DNA from: Perkinsus chesapeaki ATCC PRA-425
Taxonomy: Eukaryota; Protista; Perkinsozoa
Assembly: GCA_013115145.1 (NCBI GenBank)
Contig: JAAPAO010000241.1
Span: 1-48,419, forward strand
Length of the DNA stretch: 48,419 nucleotides
Direction: 5' to 3'
The translations under genes were made by a program, and so were the position numbers. Numbering within the stretch: the first letter of the stretch is position 1; the number at the start of each line of letters is the position of its first letter. The notes under the pieces were generated by a model. The model searched no databases. It was not told where the DNA came from and saw only the letters and a list, made by a program, of their open reading frames with translations. Below, piece after piece: positions 39,101 to 48,419 of this stretch.

Positions 39101-40010
39101 GCGGTCGAGTGTCCTGGGGTGACGATTACTCTGGTGTGGTGCTCGGATCCGCTCCCCATGGTCGAGTATTGGTGCAACCAGATGACATGCCAAATAAACG
39201 TAAATACTTGTCGAGAGAGAAGTAGGTTCCTCTCTTTCTCTATTCTACCGCGTTCTGTGCTTTAGACTCCGGCCGTACCACAATCTGGCCGTGATGACCA
39301 CTCGCTTGACCACAGACCATAAGCCTTGCGATCCTCGAGAAGCCTCGAGGATCGAAGCTTCGGGAGGGAAGGTGAATGAAAGCAACGATGCCCATGACAT
39401 TGCTCTCATCATCAGGTTACCTGCAGTGACCCTTCTGACCCCGAATCAGCGACGTATCGAGTGAACGGTGCTCTCGGTGTGTCCCGATCAGTGGGTGTGC
39501 GGTCCTTCAAGCAGTACGGTGTAGTGGCGGACCCAGACGTGACGATGGTGAAGACTAATGACAAGTGAGCTAATTAACTAGGGCGGCTTCGGCGGTGCAT
39601 TCAATACTACCACTAGCGCATTGCCGTTACCGATGGTGTTGATTTCATCGTTTTCTTTTTGAGTGCCCCCGAGGTTGGGTTCGAACAGTACGGGTAGACC
39701 AGGTAACAAGCGGATGTTGGTTTGTCAGATCTCAGCAGTGGTTGATAATGATGTGCACCGATGGTGTGTGGGACGTTATGGATGACCAAACCGCTGCCGA
39801 GGTATGATGCTCTCATGGGGTAGTGATGATACTGTTGATCAGATTGCATTGAGTGTGTCACCACGAACGGTTGAGAATATGAGCCAAGCTGTCGTTGAGG
39901 AAGCCAAGAAGCGAGGCAGCCGAGACAACCTCACCTGCATGGTCGTCTATCTCAAGTGGAAAAACACCACCACGACCGCCGCCGACGGCAAGAACCGGCC
40001 GTATGATTGA
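36189..40010 (+). CDS. Protein kinase - PP2C phosphatase fusion with an N-terminal hydrophobic segment (multi-exon; start approximate)
   Basis: Kinase: GRGAYGEAW, VVLKR, HRDVKLEN, LADFGS, FDMWCAG, WHPKDRPSAREAL. PP2C: RSRMEDRH, MDGHNG, ANTGDCRAV, TDHKP, TDGVWD, GSRDNLT. The last kinase and first PP2C motifs share one ORF (38295-38867). Confidence 0.88.
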
Positions 40011-40420
40011 TTGGAGATGTGAATATCTGAAACTGTTGTAATCTTTGAAGGCGCGTACAATACTGTTGTTATTATTATTAAATACCCAAAAACCTCTCCT
40101 GTGTTGTCGCATTATTCGACTATAGCACCAGTGCGGCAGCGGGCACAACCGAAGAAGAGGACAATTCAAGACGGAGAAGACGAGAAGCTCGCGGCAGCCG
40201 TTTGACGATTTAACGCTGGCAGATCGCGAAAGCGGCGTCAATCCCGAAGTGTTGTGTTGTTACCCGACTCTGGTAGGGAGTAAAGATACTGGGCGCGCGC
40301 GTCCTCGTTAACCGTTAGATTAATCTCGCTCGCCCAAAAAGATACTCTCGAGACACTTGGATGTTCCAAGGAATAGCCTATTTGAATTTCGTATAATCTC
40401 GTGGCAGTTGATAATAGGTA

Positions 40421-43130
40421 ATGACTACTCTCCGGTACACTAAGACAATCGCATTCGTCACCATGAGTACATGGACGATTCTCCCCTCGAGTGCTTGGGA
40501 GAGTGAGGTTTCACCTGAAGATTTCACTGTCTCACGCGTACAGTATGGTGGTCATGGCCGCCGTCTTGGTTCAAACGATGACACCTGTGAAGCGAGTATA
40601 GCTGGTCAGCCCTGGCAACCTCTCCGTCTGGGTGTCCATTACATCGACCTCGAGACCGATCTACCCGACACAGCCATGCGTGATTACGTCAGAAAGGAAG
40701 CTGTTCCTCGCGCTGTGAGTTACTGGCAGAAAACCCTCAAGGTTCGTCGCGCCCAAGCTCCCATCAGAGCCGCAAGATCCTGCAGAAGTGAGTGGCTTCC
40801 TGGCAAATGTGCCAGAGTTCGTTACGAAGGCGGCGGTGCCTCTTGTGGATCCATTAACGGTTCGCCTATTATGATTCCGGAAGATTATTTGGACGAGCTC
40901 ATCACGTATGGTGGCTGCTACACTGACGGTACCTGTATTTATCCCACTGTTCATCCAGCTGGCAGTGGTTTCACTGATGTTGATATGGTTATTCTTGTTA
41001 CAGCTAAGGCGGACAATGACTGCGGTGCTAATGGCGTAGGCACCTTTGCTTTTGCTTTAAGCTGTCAAAGAGACCAGTGTGATAGACCAACATTCGGTCT
41101 CATCAATATATGCCCTCAAATGATAGACCTAAGATCACAGTATGCCAAGGATGAGCTTGTTGGTACTATGATTCATGAGCTTACTCATGCCTTGGTATTC
41201 TCTTCGAGCAAGTTCCCCTTGTTCCGGTATGCGGATGGATCCCCTCGTGTGCCGAGAGACCCCTCGGATGGCGAGCTTCGACCCTACAGCACTAGGTGAG
41301 ACCTGTGACCGTGTGTTATAAGTGTTAATTGTGCAGGTACCAATGTTCTACATCTGGCGGCCTTTCTGTCACCTACCCCAAGTCAAACGGCAATTATATG
41401 TACGTGGACGCTCCAGGTGTTGTGGAGGTTGGCTCTGCTCGTGGAATGAATAAAGAAGACTGCAAGTGCCCTGTGGGTCGTATGGGATCGACGTCGAGCT
41501 CGGACATGCAGAAGTGCTTGCTCGCGCCTAAGGGCAACTGCGTGTTCAAGGTCGTGACGCCCAAGGTAAGTTGAGCTACCCTCTGATTGCGCTATAACGT
41601 GGCCGATAGGTGGTTGAGAAAGCCCGTGAGTATTTCGGATGTTCTACCCTCGACGGCATGGAGCTGGAAAATCATGGCTCTGGTCAAGGCTGTAGGGTTC
41701 TGGAGTCCCACTGGGAACAGAGGATTCTCGAGGGCGAGTTGATGGTAAGATATTTGCTGATACTTCGGGCTGGGGAATAGTGGTCGATCAGGTACCGGTC
41801 ACTGGTTTCTCATATAACTTTATGTCGGAGATTACATTAGCCCTGTTCGAGGACAGTGGGTGGTATCTCCCAGACTACTCTATGTCCGCTAAGATGTACA
41901 AGGGCATGTTCTTTGGGTGAGTTTGCTGTCACGGTGAAGTATACTTTGCACGGTCATGCAATCAGATACAAGCAAGGCTGCTCATTTGTGAATGATAAGT
42001 GTATTAACAGCGGCGGAGATGTCACCTTTGAGGCTGGTGGAAAGAAGACCAGCCATTTCTGCACTGCTGAGGACGATACCGAAAGCCGGTAGGTTACCGT
42101 TGTTATTCTCTAGGCTTAGTCTCTCCACCCTCTAGATGCTCGTTGGACCTGAACTCTAAGGTTAAATGTACCATCAAAGATGAGGCAGCTCCCTTCTCTC
42201 AATATCTGTACGTTTGCGGATTTGCAAAAAGTCAATAGTGCCGCGGCGGGCGTTAGGTACGGTGGTCCCGTGAAGCATGGCAAGTCTTATTACGGTGACT
42301 ACTGCCCGATATGGGAGAGCGCCTCATCATGGGATTGTGAAATGGGTCGATGTAAGTCTCAGGCTGGGAGCCATGATATAACCGTCTTTCAGTTGATGAC
42401 ATGTCTCGGCTCAACGGTGAGCTATTTGCCAGTGATAGTGTCTGCCTTATGAGCTCTCTACGGCGGTCCCAATACCTAGGAGGTGGTAAGGTGAAGATTT
42501 TACCAAATCCAAAGCAGGTAGGACCATCAGCCAAACTGCCATTTCTTATGAAAACCTTTTCAGGTCAGTGCTTGCCATAGAGTGGAATGCAGTGCTGACC
42601 GTCAGAGCTACACGGTTTTCGTGGCTGTGGGATTTGCCGGGGACAGCAATGACGTCCGTCCTCTGGGAACCTGTGAGCTATTATGACTGTGGTTGTTCGC
42701 TTGCTCTTATTGGTTATTCTCAGGCCGCACTGAGGGGCAGATTATTTATGATCCTAATAATGAATATTCGAAGGAAGTCAGCGCATTTAAATATGAAAAA
42801 GGCTATCTCACTTGTGCAGATCCAGCCTTGGTGTGCGCAGTGAGAAAGTGAGTATCTTATATCGAGCCTTATCTGAGGACGCACGATGTTTGTCTTAGTT
42901 ACCCTCATTTGTCATTGAAGTCCAACAACGAGCTCTCGGACGGCTCTTCGGGTACGCTGGTTTGTTCGGCGAATGACACTCGCTACACGAGCAGAAATAT
43001 GTCGTGTTACTATGAGCCCGATTATAGCGCCGCCACCGCCGCATTCTATGGCCTTCGAACAGCAACAATATGGGGCAGCATCCTACGTTTTGTGATGTAT
43101 GGTTTATTATTGATTATATACCTTCTCTAA
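40421..43130 (+). CDS. Leishmanolysin/GP63-like M8 zinc metalloprotease with hydrophobic C-terminus (GPI or TM)
   Basis: CQRDQCDRPTFGLINICP, IHELTHALVFS (HExxH), ELENHG, SHWEQR, Cys-rich C-half, ends ILRFVMYGLLLIIYLL*. Confidence 0.9.
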
Positions 43131-43942
43131 ATGCCTAATTCTACAGTCAATTTAATCTATTTTTATGTTCACTGTGACGTGAATTTCGAAGGTGCCGACG
43201 TACACTACGTTATGAATTGCTTTCACATCATTCCCCTTTACTATTATTATTGCTATCTGTTGTATAAATTAAGTACCTATTGGTGCGCGTAGAGTATAAT
43301 GGTTGTAACAACAATGATATAAGTTGTATTAGCAATGTTACTGCATACCCCTGCTAATACTAGCAGTGGGGAGGATGTTGACTTCGACATGCGTTTTTCT
43401 AGCGCCGCTAGCGGGAAGCGTGTGAATATAATGCGTTTTGTTTCTCGAGTGTCTGAATTAGTTCACTTGACGTATGTTTTAGGTCCGGGGCCCGATCTTG
43501 GGGCGGAAGGCTTTGCTGGAAATCTTCGCCCGGGATTGAGTCTGCTAACTGTGATGATAGTTATCATCCTCTCCATCACTTTGAACTAAATATGTTTATC
43601 ATACCAATTATCATTCCCTTTATGTCTATCAATCGTCAAATGCTCAAAACTTGTAACACTCTACTTGTTAACAAATTGATTCATAGTCATTCGGGTCCTT
43701 CAAGCTCTTCAACTGTCTATTCTCATCATCGTCGTCGAAAAGAAGAAGTATATTCAGATGTGAGTCGAATTCGCTTTTCAATGGATTTAATGTTGCATGT
43801 CAATGTCACTTAGCTTTAAATATCACTCAGCATGTTAAGGTATAGTCAGAATTGCGTCCATAGTCTGCCAATCGCTGTATTTGGTGCTGACTGTTATTTC
43901 TCGACTGTTGGCGTTTACTTCTGTTTGGCGGTCTTCACTTTA

Positions 43943-44116
43943 ATGACAAAGCCGGAAATAGACCCTGCGGTGGCGGAAGCGATAGAGGAAGCTCTCCGAG
44001 AAGTTGCAGCGCTGAGGCCAGCTGATCCGGTGGCATTCGTGGCCGACAAGTTAGCTGCAAAGAGCCAGTACGAAACCAAGAAAGCTTACCTGCCGTGCGA
44101 CACTGAAATGCCATAA
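43943..44116 (+). CDS. Dpy-30-like dimerisation/docking motif ORF (57 aa, or first exon of the downstream gene)
   Basis: VAEAIEEALREVAALRPADPVAFVADKL fits the Dpy-30 pattern L..L...RP.DP..F.A..L. Confidence 0.55.
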   Translation: MTKPEIDPAVAEAIEEALREVAALRPADPVAFVADKLAAKSQYETKKAYLPCDTEMP

Positions 44117-44119
44117 ATA

Positions 44120-46695
44120 AGCGTCTTCCTACCTGCTCAAATCGTGCATTGAAGAATGCTGGGAACCTTACGCTAGTGGGAGTCCGTTGTACAATCGTGT
44201 TATACTGGTAGGATACACCTCGTTGATCAGGCTCGATGTCGATGCGTATTCTTCCACATACAAGGAACACAAATCCCAGCTGAGGTGTGCCACTAGTTGG
44301 AGCCTGAGTAGTCTGTCAGACGAACGAATAGATACGAACTAGATTGGGCATGTCCCAATTCCACAAATCCATTTTCGTGGGTGCCGACTGCCTACTTCGA
44401 CTACAAGGCTCTTAAGTATGACGTTGACAAAGGCTGGTCACATTAGCTGAATAATAAACCTCTCAGGGATCTCAACCGGAGAGTAGAAGACTTCTGGCAG
44501 AGGGTTCTGGAGGATCCCGAGCATTTGATAGATAGAAGAGCTTTGGCAGAGGTCAGCGGTCAGAGATTAGGCGAATCTTCAACTGTGCAGGGTTGATGCG
44601 CGGTGTTCCCTGATGGAGTCGCTGTTGCCTCGACGATACCTATCAGGTTTACCCGGAGCTTTACTACTTTACAATACTTGAGGATGATTCTGAGGAAGCA
44701 TCGGCGATTGATGCCATATGCGAAGCCATTAGAATCATCAAGGACGTCGTTACGGCCGATCCGGGCCTATTACCACACTTTAGGCCATTCGACGGTGTCG
44801 GTGACTATAGGAGAACTATAGGGCATGTAAGCGTCCTATTTATAGTAGCACAGCCGAGTCTGAGTTCGTGGCCATGGGGGCTCTCATGTCGGACAGGATC
44901 GCCCGGTATTTTTCAGGAGTACTCCCGCCATTCTGTAGCGCAGTTTCTGGGGGCGATGATACCGGGGTTAGTGGGTCGGGCTAAAGGAGCCAACAGTTTG
45001 GAGAAGCTCGTGCCGAACATTCATGACCCATTCCACCCAAGAGGCCACCGTAAGCCTTGTTCGGTCTCACGGCTTCCGATGGTCTATGGGCCTCATTCAG
45101 TGGTTCCTCTGCCGGATGATGAGGTGAGTGAAAGAGATGTTTTAAGAATCAAAGGTGATCAAATGAACCACACGCTCTCCAGCGCTCGTACGACAAGTCT
45201 GTCGAGCTGTGGAGCACTGTTAGATGGTCGAGACTGGATGCAATGGGATACAGTCGCCCATCGGCTAGACCTGCTCACTGTGAGGCTTATATTGCTTCGG
45301 TTGTTGGAAAAAGACCAAGTCCACGAGAAGCTCGACCAATACACCAAAGACTACAGTGAGCACTCTGTATGGGATGGAATGGGTCCCAAGGATGGTTCTG
45401 GCAAGTACTGGCTGAAATCTGGTCGGCGAGGGTGACTGCTCGGTTTCAGATATTACTCAATGCTTGTTGATTCCCCTCGTCTCTTGTCCCTCTTCCCTTC
45501 ATTCAAGAAGTTGGACACAGAACACAAATCAGTACCGTGTTAGCGCTCTAAACTTCGTGGGATTTGTCACATGCAGTTCATCCTGTCGTGGCTGAGGACA
45601 GGTTTCCCTCTGCGCGATTTACCTTGTGGGCGATTCGTCGCTGCTCACTTCCACATATTCCGTGAAGGTAGCTCTCGATTTGCGTGTCGGGATTGAAGCA
45701 TGTGGTTCTAGAGACGCTCACAGAGTTCCCTCCACTGTCGCTGGAGATAGTGGTTCAAGGATTGGTCAGTGAAGCCGTCTACGACCATTGGGATGATATC
45801 ATTACTCCCTTCGATCCTGATATATTCAGCGTGGAAGTCCAGATAGCAGCCGAGGTGCAGCGCGGTGATGGCGGAAGTCCACAACTGCATTGCTATAGGC
45901 CATGTGTGTTTGCCGTTATTATCGCGCTAAAGCTGTTATGTCCTACCTTGGTCTGCGATACAAACATGTTATAACGCCGGCTTGCCTTAAACTTGGTCAC
46001 ACTCTACCATCACAGTGGTGGGAGGCATCGAAGGCTGTTAAGAGGACCATTGTGAGGGATACCTCGGCTTGCCTCTTGGATTTGGTGGAGCTGTTTAGGT
46101 AAAGCTTTCCTACATGCCTAGGCACTTTGTAGCCCTACGAAACGTTCTCCATGGCAAAGTTCTCACGGAGGATCAGCTCATATCACTTATCACGTAGGAG
46201 GGTATGCTCTTTTCATTCCGACCTGGTAAATGGCACTGTAGTCAACTAAACAAGGATGGGATGACTCAGCGACCAGCACTGTTACTGGAAGGTGTCGTGG
46301 AGTATCTCGATGCATGTATCGACAATCAGAATATCGGGCCGTCGTGGGGGCTTGCGGTAGTCTGGCCACTTGGCCACGTTGTGCTTCAAACCGTTGCTTG
46401 TCTTTGACGGTAGACGCTGGCCAATATTCTTGCTAGAGCTGGAAAGGTGTTTGGAAAGCTTCATCCAAGTGAATGTCTCCTCGTGTTGGACCTGTCTCAG
46501 CTAGCTAAGAGTATCTCAGACCATCCAGATGAATATGGTGAGATGTATTCCCTCATAGACTTCAATACATAATCAGGTTTCGGTGGCCATCTTGAAGAAG
46601 CTCACTTCGACGAGGTTTACCCCATCGACAGGGGACCCCTAATTCGTAGGACTGGAAGGATCATCCCTTTTTTGGCGCCTCATGATACGGAATAA
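44120..46695 (+). CDS. Hypothetical multi-exon protein; family not recognised
   Basis: Chain of short open segments bounded by GT-AG, ending PFLAPHDTE* at 46695. Start unresolved. Confidence 0.4.
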
Positions 46696-47878
46696 AATCC
46701 ATGTTCGTCGGCATAAGGAGCTCATAATTAAGAGGTTGTGTTAGTGGCCAGTAACCAATTAATACTGACGTCATTGAGGTGTCCACATACCATTCGAGCA
46801 TTCATGAAGGCATTGGTCCGCCGAGTTACGGTAATTATTCTCGACATCGCGCCACTCAGCTTGCCTATTATAAAGCTATACAAATCGCCAAACGCTTCAT
46901 TCTCGCTCCAGTACTGTGGGCTGACTATCGTAACTCATTTGGTAAACCTCTACTACGAACTAACTTTGCCCTATATGGAGGCAGACATTACACAAGGACT
47001 CAGCAGTACTGATTCATGCAAAGAAGGTTTCATATAGCGCAAGTCTAATACATCACCAACCAAGGAAGCGGAAGGTTCTGGTCAGAGTTGCGGTAATCCC
47101 ATTGGCCATTCGAACCCTAGCCATAAGCGTCACTGCAAGCAGTAATCGCCAGGAGTTCGCGAGCTGTTATAAACCTTATCAACGTTACACTGTGTAACTT
47201 ACTTTTTTAGAGTTGTCTTAGTTGGACGTAGAGAGCGTACTGAGATTCTAATAACTTAAGAGGTCTTGTTGAACTCGGGAACGCCCAGATGAAAAGTTCT
47301 AATAGCGAACTACCCGAACTACAAGGTGACCTTTTCAAGAGAGCGAATATTTCGGCTACGCATGTGGCGTTGGAAAGCTCCTGAGAGTGGCTTTCTTTTG
47401 TTGCCGCTAGCAGTTTGCCTGATTTGAAAAGCACGAAGTGCTGAAGGTACAGTTCGAGCCGGAGTCGGTTTCTCATGTGTCTATTTGTGAATTCTTTGTC
47501 AATACTTCTCCATGAATTCGGAACCCACAGTGGGTTACCCACTGACACCACAAACAGCGCCCAGCAATCGTGCTTTCCAAAACAATGCATGATAGCGTGT
47601 ACACATCCTCTTCCTTTTGCGAAGTCCTTTTGCGATTTCTGGCAAGCTCCACGAGGAATAATTTTCAGTGTGGCCCACTGTGTATCAGCTTTACTTCACC
47701 AACACAAGAGTAAACATTACGAATTGAGTCAGCTTATACTGATGCATGCAATGAATGTCCGAAATAACGATGAAAACCTCATCATGGGATGAATGAGTTA
47801 TATACTTTAGACGGGGTGCCGCCATATTCAGTCCCGTCTTACGGGCCTTAGGCCGGCCAAGCCACATAGGTTCGGCCT

Positions 47879-48418
47879 TTAGGGCGAGAAAGTAGTGGCG
47901 GCTGGAGTGGTAGCTGCAGGTGTAGTAGCTGCTGGAGTGGTAGCTGCAGGCGTAGTAGCTGCTGGAGTGGTAGCTGCAGGCGTAGCTGCTGGAGTGGTAG
48001 CTGCAGGCGTAGTAGCTGCAGGAGTGGTAGCCGCTGGAGTGGTAGGAGCCACAGTAGTAGCTCCTGGAGTAGTAGCCGCTGGAGTGGTAGGAGCCACAGT
48101 AGTAGCTGGTGGAGTAGTAGCCGCTGGAGTGGTGGTCTCTCCGAATGTGTCGCACACACTGGGTCCACATGGCTGGTCACCATCGAAGCAGACAGGAACA
48201 TGTAGCCACCACTTGCAGTAGGAGACTCTATCACCGCCAAGAGCAGGGTTAACGGATGTGCAATAAGCATCACAATTCGGGCTCGGGCCATCATGAGAGT
48301 CCGGAGGTCCCTGGGTAGGAGCGGCAGTCCCAGTGTCACAATCGGTAGAGCTGCACGGCTGGTCACCACCATAGCAGACAGGTTCAGCCTTCCACCATTT
48401 GCAATATGATGTCGGTCC
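47879..48418 (-). CDS. Cys-rich repeat protein with a Thr/Pro/Ala mucin-like tail; 5' part outside the window
   Basis: Frame open from 48418: SYCKWWKAEPVCYGGDQPC...CDAYCTSVNPALGGDRVSYCKWWLHVPVCFDGDQPC, then TTPAA-type repeats to TFSP*. Confidence 0.8.
   Translation of the reverse strand, partial: GPTSYCKWWKAEPVCYGGDQPCSSTDCDTGTAAPTQGPPDSHDGPSPNCDAYCTSVNPALGGDRVSYCKWWLHVPVCFDGDQPCGPSVCDTFGETTTPAATTPPATTVAPTTPAATTPGATTVAPTTPAATTPAATTPAATTPAATPAATTPAATTPAATTPAATTPAATTPAATTFSP
47892..48135 (-). repeat. 15-bp coding tandem repeat (TTPAA units)
   Basis: gtagctgc[at]gg[ac]gt[ag]-type units repeated about 15 times with variants. Confidence 0.95.
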
Positions 48419-48419
48419 A

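Noticed and set aside
43335-43589. Short ORF with a hydrophobic C-terminus after GP63
   Set aside because: No recognisable domain, in an AT-richer intergenic setting. Cannot be distinguished from a chance ORF.
44378-44415. WVPTAYFDYKALK resembling the SPX-domain YxDYKxLKK motif
   Set aside because: Not N-terminal, lacks the MKF start, and no downstream SPX lysine cluster is visible.
47207-47590. 127-aa ORF as a transposase or gene
   Set aside because: No catalytic motif, terminal repeats or splice context that I can support.
47691-48372. Alternative-frame ORFs over the tandem repeat (YHSS, LLPLQ and VVAAG repeats)
   Set aside because: By-products of a stop-free 15-bp repeat. Only the TTPAA frame is continuous with the Cys-rich modules.

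Overview
Gene-dense, intron-rich eukaryotic DNA with mostly 40-110 nt GT-AG introns. The best guess is a perkinsozoan alveolate (Perkinsus-like), inferred from intron style, a stand-alone apicomplexan-type CPSII, GGK-rich H2A.Z tails and a Cys-rich SYCKWW..VC..GDQPC repeat protein. The window opens with the 3' end of a Ty3/Gypsy LTR retrotransposon (integrase, PPT, 191-bp LTR). A + strand block follows (MetRS, radial spoke protein 3, coiled-coil orphan). Next is an ~18.5-kb minus-strand block: tRNA-Leu(TAA), an NPPY-type amino-methyltransferase, SLC26/SulP, two tandem H2A.Z paralogues, extended-synaptotagmin-like, GRFx[VIL]-repeat ORFs, VHS-GAT, CBS protein and two orphans. A second + block carries CPSII, an intronless bacterial-like NPP, a kinase-PP2C fusion, GP63/leishmanolysin, a Dpy-30 motif ORF and an orphan. 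The window ends in a truncated Cys-rich/mucin gene. The most notable items are the spliced NPPY methyltransferase (missed by the ORF track), the strand-polarised gene blocks with a tRNA at the convergent junction, the divergent H2A.Z pair and the kinase-PP2C fusion. Gene models were spliced by eye, so outer coordinates of multi-exon genes are approximate unless stated. No database searches were run.
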